A stretch of 64,000 nt of DNA from an uncultured virus (IMG/VR IMGVR_UViG_3300002835_000117). Taxonomy: Duplodnaviria > Heunggongvirae > Uroviricota > Caudoviricetes. The stretch lies in the IMG/VR virus record IMGVR_UViG_3300002835_000117; one strand, 5' to 3'. Positions 19,869 through 28,328 of this stretch are shown here, in pieces; the first letter of the stretch is position 1, and each line of letters opens with the position of its first letter. The translations under genes and the position numbers were made by a program. The notes beneath the pieces are model-generated. The model was not told the origin of the DNA, did no database searches, and was given only the letters and a program-made list of their open reading frames with translations.

Positions 19869-21587
19869 TTATGCCGGTGGTGCTGGTTCAACAGGTGGCT
19901 GTTCAGATGGCATTCCTTCTGCAGGCGCTGTCGGTGGAGTAGTAGCATTAGATAAAGCCGACATATCACTGCCCATTCCCGAAGCAGTAATACCTACACT
20001 TCTCAATTCTGCACCTGCTGATAATGTTACATCTTCATCAACATTTTCTTCTTTCCAAAGTTTTTCATTATCGGCCATTTCTTCAGCAGATAATCCTAAG
20101 AATCTCTTTAAAGCAAATCTCTTTGACAAATAAGGAATTTGAGAAACATTGGTAAAGTTAGTCATTCTAACTCCATCCATTTCTGCTTGACGATAACTTG
20201 CAAAGTTTTGAGGAGGATTAAATTTTACTTCAAAAATATTGCTGTCGACATTAATTCCTTTGTTATGAAGATACAATTTAAATTCATTATCGAAATGTTC
20301 GTTAATTAAACTTTGTAATCTCTCACAATACTTGTTAAATCGTAATTCTTGAATGTATGCTGTTCCAACTCGACCATCATTGAAGTTAGATCCTCCGTCG
20401 TCGGGACCAGTAGGTAGATAACTGCTAGGAATCCGTAAAGCACGAAACAACTTATTAGTAAAATACTTAAGATCATCAATTTCTCCTAAATTAGTGCCCC
20501 CAGGTAATACTTCAACTTTACTACCTCGACCTTCTGCTGTTTGTGGGAAAAAATAGTCCTCATTAATTGAAAGTGGATTATATCCGGCATCTATTACGCT
20601 TTGGCTCCCGCCAGTGACACTTGGGATGCGTCTTTGGTTTACTTCATTTTTTACTCTTTCCACAAACCCCATTGCTAAGTGACTTGGCATGTTTCCAACG
20701 TCAATATAAAATACCCTACGCTCCGGTGCTCGTTGAATTCGATAGATAATAATAGCATCTTCAAGCAATTCTTTTTGTTTATATACTTTAAAAATTGCTT
20801 CTAACAAACTAGTACCAAAAGGATAGTTATTATCTAATCCTTCACTCATGCTGATATGAATAACATGTTCTGCATCTATAGCATATTGCTGTTCATTTTT
20901 TTGAAATCTATTGGCATTTAAATTTGTAGGATACGCACCGGTCATGCCCCTACTCATACCAACACCTGCATTATTACCTGCATAACCGCTGGCATATTGA
21001 CTTCCACCGCCTGTTACGTTACTAGGATTAATAGCAGTTGTTGCCAATGTTTGTAAATTAGGATTAAAATCTCGAATTAGATATTGTTCAGGTAATTTAC
21101 CCTCGCTTTCGTTAACAATAATACTGTCAACCTTTGCCGGATCAACATACATCCAACTTTGATTTTCTGGATCTCTTACAAAAAATACATCACCATATTT
21201 GAATGCATTTCTAATAATTTTAAATATTCTTTTTTGAAATTTATTCAGTTTTGACCATTGTTGAAGGTATTTTTTAATAACTGTTACTTCTGTAGTTGTG
21301 GCTTGTTCTTTAAAAAATATTCTAAATGGTGTACCGTTTTCTTCGTTTTGTTGTGTGCAAAATTCCGCTAAAATATCTAATGCAGCGTTTACCTCACTAT
21401 CTGCATCCATAGTGTCGTATTGCCCATATCTTTCTAAACGGTTCGGATGACCAGAATAAACATCTGGCAAAAAACTAGAATAATTTCTATGTGCGGGTGT
21501 TGATGATAAACTTGATGCATTTGATCCATTTATTGGACTTAACGCACCAGAAGTATTAACAGGAGTGAAGTATTTTTTCCAAGACAT
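19869..21587 (-). CDS. gp20: Portal protein (T4 gp20-like)
   Basis: LLEDAIIIYRIQRAPERRVFYIDVGNMP, EDYFFP, GRGSKVEVLPGG, LRIPSSYL motifs. Confidence 0.95.
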   Translation of the reverse strand: MSWKKYFTPVNTSGALSPINGSNASSLSSTPAHRNYSSFLPDVYSGHPNRLERYGQYDTMDADSEVNAALDILAEFCTQQNEENGTPFRIFFKEQATTTEVTVIKKYLQQWSKLNKFQKRIFKIIRNAFKYGDVFFVRDPENQSWMYVDPAKVDSIIVNESEGKLPEQYLIRDFNPNLQTLATTAINPSNVTGGGSQYASGYAGNNAGVGMSRGMTGAYPTNLNANRFQKNEQQYAIDAEHVIHISMSEGLDNNYPFGTSLLEAIFKVYKQKELLEDAIIIYRIQRAPERRVFYIDVGNMPSHLAMGFVERVKNEVNQRRIPSVTGGSQSVIDAGYNPLSINEDYFFPQTAEGRGSKVEVLPGGTNLGEIDDLKYFTNKLFRALRIPSSYLPTGPDDGGSNFNDGRVGTAYIQELRFNKYCERLQSLINEHFDNEFKLYLHNKGINVDSNIFEVKFNPPQNFASYRQAEMDGVRMTNFTNVSQIPYLSKRFALKRFLGLSAEEMADNEKLWKEENVDEDVTLSAGAELRSVGITASGMGSDMSALSNATTPPTAPAEGMPSEQPPVEPAPPA

Positions 21588-21592
21588 AATTT

Positions 21593-24484
21593 TTACATGC
21601 TAAAAAGATCGCCGCTTAGAGCGCGAGTCGCATCAACAGTTCTCCTTGAATATTCGGCTGTTTCTTTAATATATTTTAAGGTTTCCGACGATATATTATT
21701 TAATCGTTGTAACTCATTATGTAAACTTTCCCACGACACATCTGAAGTAGAACTAACATCTCCGGGCAATTTTTGAGCAGCAGCAGATGAATTTTGTGTC
21801 GGACCTGTTGAATAATTTTGTAAGATTTCTCCTAATCTATCTAAAGGTAATACTGCTTCTGGTTGTCCTGCTTCTCCAATAAGGGCATTAGTAGGTTTAG
21901 TTACAATTCCCCCAGCAGCCATTGGAACTTTTTCTTTACCTGCTTTTAAGTAATCTACAACTTTACCAGCAAACCAATCTCCTCCATATGCTCCAATCAT
22001 CCAACCTGCTGCGCCACCGGCAATCGTTCCAATACCAGGTAAAACTAATGATCCTAGTGCTGAACCTAATGCCCCTCCGGCGACACCGCCGGCTGTACTT
22101 GAAATTGACTTGGCTATATCTGCATAGAATGCACTTTCATCTGGATATTGACCTTTGCTTAATCCAATGTTTACTAAATCTAAAGCACCAACTAAGGCTG
22201 CTAGTCCGGGCACACCTCTCACAGTTTTCAAAATATCTAAAAATCGTTTTGGAACACTAAATTTTGAACCAGCAGCGCCTGTGGCGCCTGCACCCGCGCC
22301 TGCGCCAGCCGTTGCAGATCCTGCTGCGGTTGCTGCTGTCGTACCGGCACCGGCTGCGGCAGTAGTTGCCGCTCTAGCGGCTGTTGCTCCGCCGCCTCCT
22401 GCAGGTGGGCTGGGAGGTGTACTAACAGCAGGGGCGCCACCTGGTCTAGGTCCGCCTCCAGCAGTAGGTGCTCGGCCTCTTCCCCTTCCTCTGCCTCTTC
22501 CACCAAATCCTCCTACAAGTTGTACAAAAAGTGGTTTATCAGGACTATAACCGCGTCTAGTTAACAATCCACCTCCGCCAGTTCCACCACCTCCAGGACC
22601 TGCTGCTCCTGCTGCTCCTGCTGCTTTTTTTGCATCTAACCATTCTTTTGCCATTAAAATGGCTTTAAGTCCAAGTAATCCAGTTACTACCCCAGCAATT
22701 GCATTAGTTAAACTTCCACCTAATGCAGCATCTAACTTTTGAAATCCTTCTAATGCACTTTTAACTTTATTTCCTAAAAATTCAAAAGGTTCTTTTAGGA
22801 GATCTACCACAACTTTTAATGCTTCAAAAGATAGTTTAAATGCACCGCCAATAAACTCTCCAACTCTTGTTACAATGCCCCATAAAATTTCTAAAGCGAC
22901 ACCTGCTGCACTTAACCAAGGTTCAAGCATTTCACTAACAGTAGTCCACATTTTTTTAAACATGGGAATTATTTCATTATTGAGATAATTCCCTAACTGT
23001 TCAATTTTAGGAACAAGAACATCTTTTAAAAAATTTCCAAATCTGTTCAATACAGGTTCAACTAGTTGAACAATTGGATTTATAAATTTATCTATCAGAG
23101 ATTTTCTTATTTCTTCCATAGATTGAAGAAATGTGGCTTGAGTCCTTGCTTGAGATCCAGTTTGTTGTGCTAATTGTTCTTTTCTTATTCGTTCTTCTTG
23201 TGCTTGGGCATCTTCTTCAGTTTCAATGCCTTGCATAGTTGATCTATTTTGAATTTTTAATAAATCAGTTGCTATTTCAGCATTTTCACCTTGTTGTAAA
23301 GATAATACTCTTAATACTTCTTGTTTGTCTTTAACGTCTTTTATTAACGCACCTTGTAATGAAGCGCCTAATTTTCCAATATCATCAATAGTTTTTGTTT
23401 TATCTTTAACTGTGTCTGCATATTTTCCTAGTACTTCTCCTGCATTAGTAGCAAATGCTTCAAACTTTTTAGCAGGACCTGTCATAGGAGGCAATCCTAA
23501 TATTCTCGACATTAACGCCTGTTCTGCTCCCTTGCCTCCTCGTTGTCGAGCCTGAGCCAATGCTGCTTCTGCTTTTGCTCTTTCTTCTACACTTAATGTA
23601 GATAAATGATTTTGTAAGGCAGCGTTCGCTGCTCGTTCTTTTGCCTGTGCTTCTTGCTCTTCTCTACTTTCACCTGTCAATCTTGCTAATGCATCTAATT
23701 GTTCTAAATACGCTTTTGCACTTTTTTCAAGAGCCGCTGTGTTTTGCATTTCTTGACGACTTCTACCACCAGACGCACTGACAAAACTTGCTAAACCGCT
23801 GTTAACTTCTGCTGCTGTAAATCCCAATGCTTTTAATCTTATACCAGTTTCACCTTCTTGAAGTGCGTTGGAAAGTTCTTTAAAATTTTTAGCACCGTTG
23901 TTTACATCGGAACCCATTTTTGCTAAATTTTGTGAGTTAGCCTTATTAAATGCAACGTATTCTTCTTGGGTAAGTCGCATCGCAGCCATTGCTGACCTTA
24001 CCGCAGTTAGTTCTCCTCCAAAATTTACACCGACACTGGTAATTTGTTGAAATGTTTTAAAATTTTGTTCTTGGTATAATTGTATTAATCTAAAACCTTC
24101 TGCTACTTTTCCTATAGGACCGGGCAATGCTGTAAATGCTTTTAAAAGATCGCTAGTTTGTGCTTGTCCTTCTAATAATTTTCCTCCAAAATCTCCTAAA
24201 GCCTTTCCTACATTAATACCGGCACTAACGACACTGGCAGCAAATCCTCCAACTTTTTGACCTATCCCCATTAATCCAGTATTAACTGATTGCACTGCTC
24301 CGGGGTCAACTGTTGCTCCTCCAGCACTGGCAGCACCTGTTTTTTCTGCAAGTCGTCGTATTTCGGAAACATTCTGCTTATTTGCAGAAGTAACGGCCAT
24401 TAATAATGCCCGCAAAGTCGCTTCTGTTGCTGCGTTGTTTAATTCAACGTATTCGTTGCCAATTGTTCCTGTTACGTCAGCCAT
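21593..24484 (-). CDS. Tape-measure-like protein
   Basis: Long Ala/Gln-rich helical region, amphipathic W/F-periodic segment, Gly-zipper hydrophobic segments, C-terminal MAAGGIVTKPTNALIGEAGQPEAVLPL motif typical of tape measure proteins; adjacent to the chaperone pair. Confidence 0.7.
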   Translation of the reverse strand: MADVTGTIGNEYVELNNAATEATLRALLMAVTSANKQNVSEIRRLAEKTGAASAGGATVDPGAVQSVNTGLMGIGQKVGGFAASVVSAGINVGKALGDFGGKLLEGQAQTSDLLKAFTALPGPIGKVAEGFRLIQLYQEQNFKTFQQITSVGVNFGGELTAVRSAMAAMRLTQEEYVAFNKANSQNLAKMGSDVNNGAKNFKELSNALQEGETGIRLKALGFTAAEVNSGLASFVSASGGRSRQEMQNTAALEKSAKAYLEQLDALARLTGESREEQEAQAKERAANAALQNHLSTLSVEERAKAEAALAQARQRGGKGAEQALMSRILGLPPMTGPAKKFEAFATNAGEVLGKYADTVKDKTKTIDDIGKLGASLQGALIKDVKDKQEVLRVLSLQQGENAEIATDLLKIQNRSTMQGIETEEDAQAQEERIRKEQLAQQTGSQARTQATFLQSMEEIRKSLIDKFINPIVQLVEPVLNRFGNFLKDVLVPKIEQLGNYLNNEIIPMFKKMWTTVSEMLEPWLSAAGVALEILWGIVTRVGEFIGGAFKLSFEALKVVVDLLKEPFEFLGNKVKSALEGFQKLDAALGGSLTNAIAGVVTGLLGLKAILMAKEWLDAKKAAGAAGAAGPGGGGTGGGGLLTRRGYSPDKPLFVQLVGGFGGRGRGRGRGRAPTAGGGPRPGGAPAVSTPPSPPAGGGGATAARAATTAAAGAGTTAATAAGSATAGAGAGAGATGAAGSKFSVPKRFLDILKTVRGVPGLAALVGALDLVNIGLSKGQYPDESAFYADIAKSISSTAGGVAGGALGSALGSLVLPGIGTIAGGAAGWMIGAYGGDWFAGKVVDYLKAGKEKVPMAAGGIVTKPTNALIGEAGQPEAVLPLDRLGEILQNYSTGPTQNSSAAAQKLPGDVSSTSDVSWESLHNELQRLNNISSETLKYIKETAEYSRRTVDATRALSGDLFSM

Positions 24485-24508
24485 TGTTTTTTATGAGTTA
24501 AATTAGTA

Positions 24509-24545
24509 GATAAATAGTTTATCCGGGTTTATCAGTTTATTTATC
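24509..24545. promoter_or_regulatory. Two face-to-face late promoter cores (GATAAATA + at 24509-24516; GATAAATA - at 24538-24545)
   Basis: Both lie in the 71-bp gap between divergent genes. Confidence 0.55.
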
Positions 24546-24555
24546 GGAGATTAAA

Positions 24556-25425
24556 ATGACATCTGATCCACTAAAAATTACACCGAATCCTTTGGCTGCA
24601 TTTATGCGTCAGCCAAAGATTTATATTAAATTACCTAGCCAAGGTAAATTTTGGCCTAATGGAAGTTTAGAAGTAACCGAAACAGGAGAATATCCTGTTT
24701 ATTCAATGACTGCTAGAGATGAGTTAATGTTAAAAATTCCGGATGCTGTTATGAGCGGTCAAGCAGTGGTTGATGTAATTCAAAATTGTATGCCACACAT
24801 AAAAAATGCTTGGCATATTCCGGCTATTGATTTAGATATAATATTAATTGGACTACGATTAGCAACCTACGGTGAAATTATGGAAACTCCTATTACAGTA
24901 GGAGAAAACGAATTTACATGTAATGTTGACCTACGACAAGTTTTAGATTCATTATATGCAAAAATTTCTTGGGAAGATGCTATATCTATTAATGATAATT
25001 TAACTGTTTTTGTAAAACCATTAACATATAAACATATTTCAGAAGCAGCATTAAAATCTTTTGAAACTCAAAAAATAATGTCAATTGTAGGCAATGATGA
25101 AATTTCTGAAGAAGAAAAAATAAAAGCGTTTAAAGAAAGTTTTAATAAACTAACTGAAGTAACAATTAGTATTGTTCAAAATAGTGTTTATAAAATTGAT
25201 TCATCAGCCGGTAGTACTGACAATCCTCAACATATAAAAGAATTTGTTAATAACATTGACAAACAAATGTTTAATACAATACAAAATTTTTTAGAAACAC
25301 AAAAAGCCAACAATGCTGTTCCCAATTTAACTATTACAACACCGCAAGATATTAAAGATAAAGGTTACACAGAAGATAAAATTGAAGTACCACTAGTGTT
25401 TGACCCATCAACTTTTTTCGTCTAA
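24556..25425 (+). CDS. gp26: Baseplate hub/tail assembly chaperone (T4 gp26-like)
   Basis: RQPKIYIKLPSQG, MTARDE, DLDIILIGLRLATYGE motifs; ends DPSTFFV. Confidence 0.75.
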   Translation: MTSDPLKITPNPLAAFMRQPKIYIKLPSQGKFWPNGSLEVTETGEYPVYSMTARDELMLKIPDAVMSGQAVVDVIQNCMPHIKNAWHIPAIDLDIILIGLRLATYGEIMETPITVGENEFTCNVDLRQVLDSLYAKISWEDAISINDNLTVFVKPLTYKHISEAALKSFETQKIMSIVGNDEISEEEKIKAFKESFNKLTEVTISIVQNSVYKIDSSAGSTDNPQHIKEFVNNIDKQMFNTIQNFLETQKANNAVPNLTITTPQDIKDKGYTEDKIEVPLVFDPSTFFV

Positions 25426-25430
25426 GGCTT

Positions 25431-25649
25431 TTGTATCTAGACGTTGAAGGTATTGATAAGTTTATCAAAGAATACGATAAAGATACAAAAGCCTTAAAAT
25501 CAGAACTTTACAAAATTTGTTGGTACATGAGGGGCGGAATAACTTTATCTGAAGCCTATGAACTTAGTCAAGAAGAAAGAATGTTAATTTCTAAAATCAT
25601 TGAAGATAATTTAGAAACAACTAAAAAAACTGGACTACCTTTCTTTTAA
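25431..25649 (+). CDS. gp51-like chaperone segment, probably translated as a -1 frameshift extension of 24556..25425
   Basis: CWYMRGGITLSEAYELSQEERMLI motif; only a TTG start with no obvious SD; frame is -1 relative to upstream and open back through the T-TTT-TTC heptamer at 25413-25419. Confidence 0.65.
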   Translation: MYLDVEGIDKFIKEYDKDTKALKSELYKICWYMRGGITLSEAYELSQEERMLISKIIEDNLETTKKTGLPFF

Positions 25650-26356
25650 ATGTCCATATTTAAAAATTTACTGTAAAATTTTGATTCAGGAACTGCTTGT
25701 TGTTTAGGTTGTAACAAGGCAGCAGTTTTCTTCTTACCACCTTGTTGTACTTGTAAATTAGGTGTCCCAGTTGCAGGCGCTGTTGTAGGTGCTGCTCCAG
25801 TTGCAGGCGCTGCTCCTCTGCTTTTCTTTGCAACAATAGCGTCTACATTTTTCTTAACACTTTGCAAATCTCTTGTTCTTAAAGTTGGTATTGCTTGATT
25901 AATTTGTGTTACGGTAACTTTTGGTGCTGCCCCAGTTGTAGGTGCTGTTCCCGCAGCAGGTGCTGTTGCAGGTGCTGTTCCCGCAGCAGGTGCTGTTCCC
26001 GCAGCAGGTGCTGTTCCCGCAGCAGGTGCTGTTCCCGCAGCAGGTGCTGTTCCCGCAGCAGGTGCTGCCCCAGTTGTAGGTGCTGTTCCCGCAGCAGGTG
26101 CTGTTGCAGGTGCTGCCCCAGTTGTAGGTGCTGTTCCCGCAGCAGGTGCTGCTCCACCGCCGACTGAACTTTTTCCTGATTGCCAACCTTGCTTTACTCC
26201 TTGCCAGAAATTTTTACCTGCTTGAACTGCTCCGCCAGCAGTTGCACCTAATGCTGTACCAGTAGCAGTAGCAGCTCTACCAATTCCTTGTCCGACTTGC
26301 GCTGCTGTTAGTTCATCAAGTTGTTGGTTTTCAATAATAAGTTCTTCAATACGCAT
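25646..26356 (-). CDS. Ala/Pro/Thr-rich candidate internal head protein
   Basis: N-terminus MRIEELIIENQQLDE (repeated hydrophobic-x-E); AAGTAP repeats; AAGGA SD. Confidence 0.6.
   Translation of the reverse strand: MRIEELIIENQQLDELTAAQVGQGIGRAATATGTALGATAGGAVQAGKNFWQGVKQGWQSGKSSVGGGAAPAAGTAPTTGAAPATAPAAGTAPTTGAAPAAGTAPAAGTAPAAGTAPAAGTAPAAGTAPATAPAAGTAPTTGAAPKVTVTQINQAIPTLRTRDLQSVKKNVDAIVAKKSRGAAPATGAAPTTAPATGTPNLQVQQGGKKKTAALLQPKQQAVPESKFYSKFLNMDI
25922..26153. repeat. 18-bp coding tandem repeats (AAGTAP / TTGAAP)
   Basis: gcagcaggtgctgttccc repeated consecutively with variants. Confidence 0.9.
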
Positions 26357-26366
26357 TTTATATCCT

Positions 26367-27869
26367 TCAAGGAGTAGTAGGTTGATTAGATCTCTTCGAT
26401 AATACGTTATTTACTGTTTTTTGAATACTTTGTAAATCTCGTAATCTTAAAATTTTAATTGCTTGATTAATTTGAGCCACAGTAAGTTTTGTAGATGGCT
26501 GACTTGATGTTTGAGATACCGGTGAAGATTGAGTTGATGCAATATTCATAGATTGAAAAGTTGACGAAATAATAGAATCGTCAACTCCGGCATTTTTTAA
26601 AATATCAGCAATAGCATTGCTGTCTGTCGGACTTCCTGCCGCCTTCCATGCTTTCATTAACTTATCGGCGGTAATTTTAGTAGTTAAATTTGAACCAAAT
26701 TGTTTAATTGTATCTGCAATACCTTCTTGAACTAGATATTTTCTATCTACAGTATAGAATATTTTTTTAATTTGTTGAAAAGATAAACTTTCCGGCGTTG
26801 ATTGCTGCGTTGGTTTTTGATTTCCAACCGCACCTGTAACAGCGCCTTGTGCAGCCACTGCCAAAGCGTCAGACGCAGCCATTACACTTTTAGCACCATC
26901 TACAATTGCTTGTCTTGCATTTTCATCTTGTGCTAATTGAGCAGCATAACCAGGATCGGCTAATTTGGCTGCTGCATCTTTTGCCTGCTGAAACAATGCT
27001 TCTGCTTGACTATATTGACCGTTCCTCCAAGCCTCTGCTGCTTGATTCCATGCACCACGTATAGGTTCTAAATCTTCAGGTTTGCCTATTACATCTCGTA
27101 AATTTTGAAATGTAGAAGGTCCCGTACCACTAACCATAAAGGAAAGATTAAGTCTACGTGCCCCAGGAAATAAGTTATCAGCAACCATTTTTAACCCACT
27201 GCCTAAGAAATCTCCAATTTTATCAATACTCCAACCGGCTAAAGCACCAACTGCGGCTGCTTTAGCACCCTTGCCAATTGCAGTCGAAAGTTTTTCACCT
27301 TTCATTAATTCAGTAGTGCCTCTCAGTATTTGACCTGCGATAGCACCACCTAAAGGTCCTCCTGCTAATGATGCCACAGCAGTTAATACACCAATAATTA
27401 CTGCGGTTTTTCCAGGATTTGCTTTAGCCCATTCTCCTGCTTGAGTTAAGTTTTGAGTTAAATTTGGAAACTTAGAACTAATCTTTGCTTTTAGTTCTTC
27501 AAATTTTTGATCAAACGCCTGTACAGGTTTAGTGTTTTGCGCCCACTGCCCTGCTTTGTTAATAATATCGTTAACTTTTTGAACTGCTTGGACAGGCAAT
27601 TTTGCAACATCTACGGCTTTTCCCAATCCAGTTCTGTTAGATCCACTAGCAGTTGCTGATTGCTCTACATTTTTAAATAATTGAGATATTTGATCTGTAG
27701 TTAATGTTGCTTCAATTAAAGGTAAAAACTCTCTATGTATTCTTTTAATTATTGTATTTTGTTCTTCAGTCAAACCTCGGCATATATTCTCTAAGAGAAT
27801 TCGGCTTTCGTTTAATTTTTCTTCTACAATTAATCTTTGAGAAAAAGTTAAAGGCATAATTTTATCCAC
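26367..27869 (-). CDS. Candidate internal head/ejection protein (start probably ATG at 27857 or GTG at 27869)
   Basis: Perfect TATAAATA upstream; hydrophobic-x-E sites; Gly-zipper hydrophobic segment; C-terminal motif shared with 25646..26356. Confidence 0.6.
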   Translation of the reverse strand: MDKIMPLTFSQRLIVEEKLNESRILLENICRGLTEEQNTIIKRIHREFLPLIEATLTTDQISQLFKNVEQSATASGSNRTGLGKAVDVAKLPVQAVQKVNDIINKAGQWAQNTKPVQAFDQKFEELKAKISSKFPNLTQNLTQAGEWAKANPGKTAVIIGVLTAVASLAGGPLGGAIAGQILRGTTELMKGEKLSTAIGKGAKAAAVGALAGWSIDKIGDFLGSGLKMVADNLFPGARRLNLSFMVSGTGPSTFQNLRDVIGKPEDLEPIRGAWNQAAEAWRNGQYSQAEALFQQAKDAAAKLADPGYAAQLAQDENARQAIVDGAKSVMAASDALAVAAQGAVTGAVGNQKPTQQSTPESLSFQQIKKIFYTVDRKYLVQEGIADTIKQFGSNLTTKITADKLMKAWKAAGSPTDSNAIADILKNAGVDDSIISSTFQSMNIASTQSSPVSQTSSQPSTKLTVAQINQAIKILRLRDLQSIQKTVNNVLSKRSNQPTTP

Positions 27870-27879
27870 TCTATATCAC

Positions 27880-27887
27880 TATTTATA
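27880..27887 (-). promoter_or_regulatory. T4 late promoter consensus TATAAATA
   Basis: Exact match 10 nt upstream of the 27869 ORF start. Confidence 0.75.
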
Positions 27888-27888
27888 A

Positions 27889-28328
27889 ACGAACTGCGTT
27901 CGTATGCTTCTTCGTCTAAGGACTCGAAGCATATTTAGATAGTTAAGAGAGATATATCATCTAGATTAAGTGGTCACTCTTTGCCCGAGCAGGGCAAAAA
28001 AATAACTGAACATCATCTGAGTTGCACAGTCACATAGCATTACTGCATTACAGTGGCGGTCGACCGGTACCACGAGCAGCGTCTTTATTCGACGGCAGGA
28101 GCATCTAGGCATGCTATCACCTATATGTCCGTTAGGGAATTACCCTTCTTTTTGCCTATTCAATCCTCTTCAAACAACCAAATCGCAGGGCTTAGTAGCG
28201 ATCCTCATCCTTTCGGGTAGTGGTTGAGTACTCACAGCGGCGAGAGTTTTCCGTTCCCTGCGATCCGAGATCCAGGTATTGGGCATAAGAAATTAGCCTA
28301 CGCTGAGCCTTTACCGCTTAAAAGTGCC
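27889..28328 (-). ncRNA. Putative large structured non-coding RNA (~440 nt), family not recognised
   Basis: Longest intergenic stretch in the window, visibly GC-enriched, no ORF in the track, many complementary segments including two potential pseudoknots; begins right after the GIY-YIG stop codon. Confidence 0.65.

Noticed and set aside
25895..26186. Cys-rich (CCSRSR / STCCGN) and EQHLLR repeat ORFs
   Set aside because: Alternative frames of the 18-bp AAGTAP repeat; only the 236-aa frame has an SD and non-repeat flanks with a shared motif.
27889..28328. Group I intron, RNase P RNA, tmRNA or tRNA identity for the non-coding element
   Set aside because: No interrupted host gene and no recognisable P7 core; no GAGGAAAGUCC; TTCGAGTCC is present but lacks a T-stem and cloverleaf. 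A covariance search is still needed to exclude known families.
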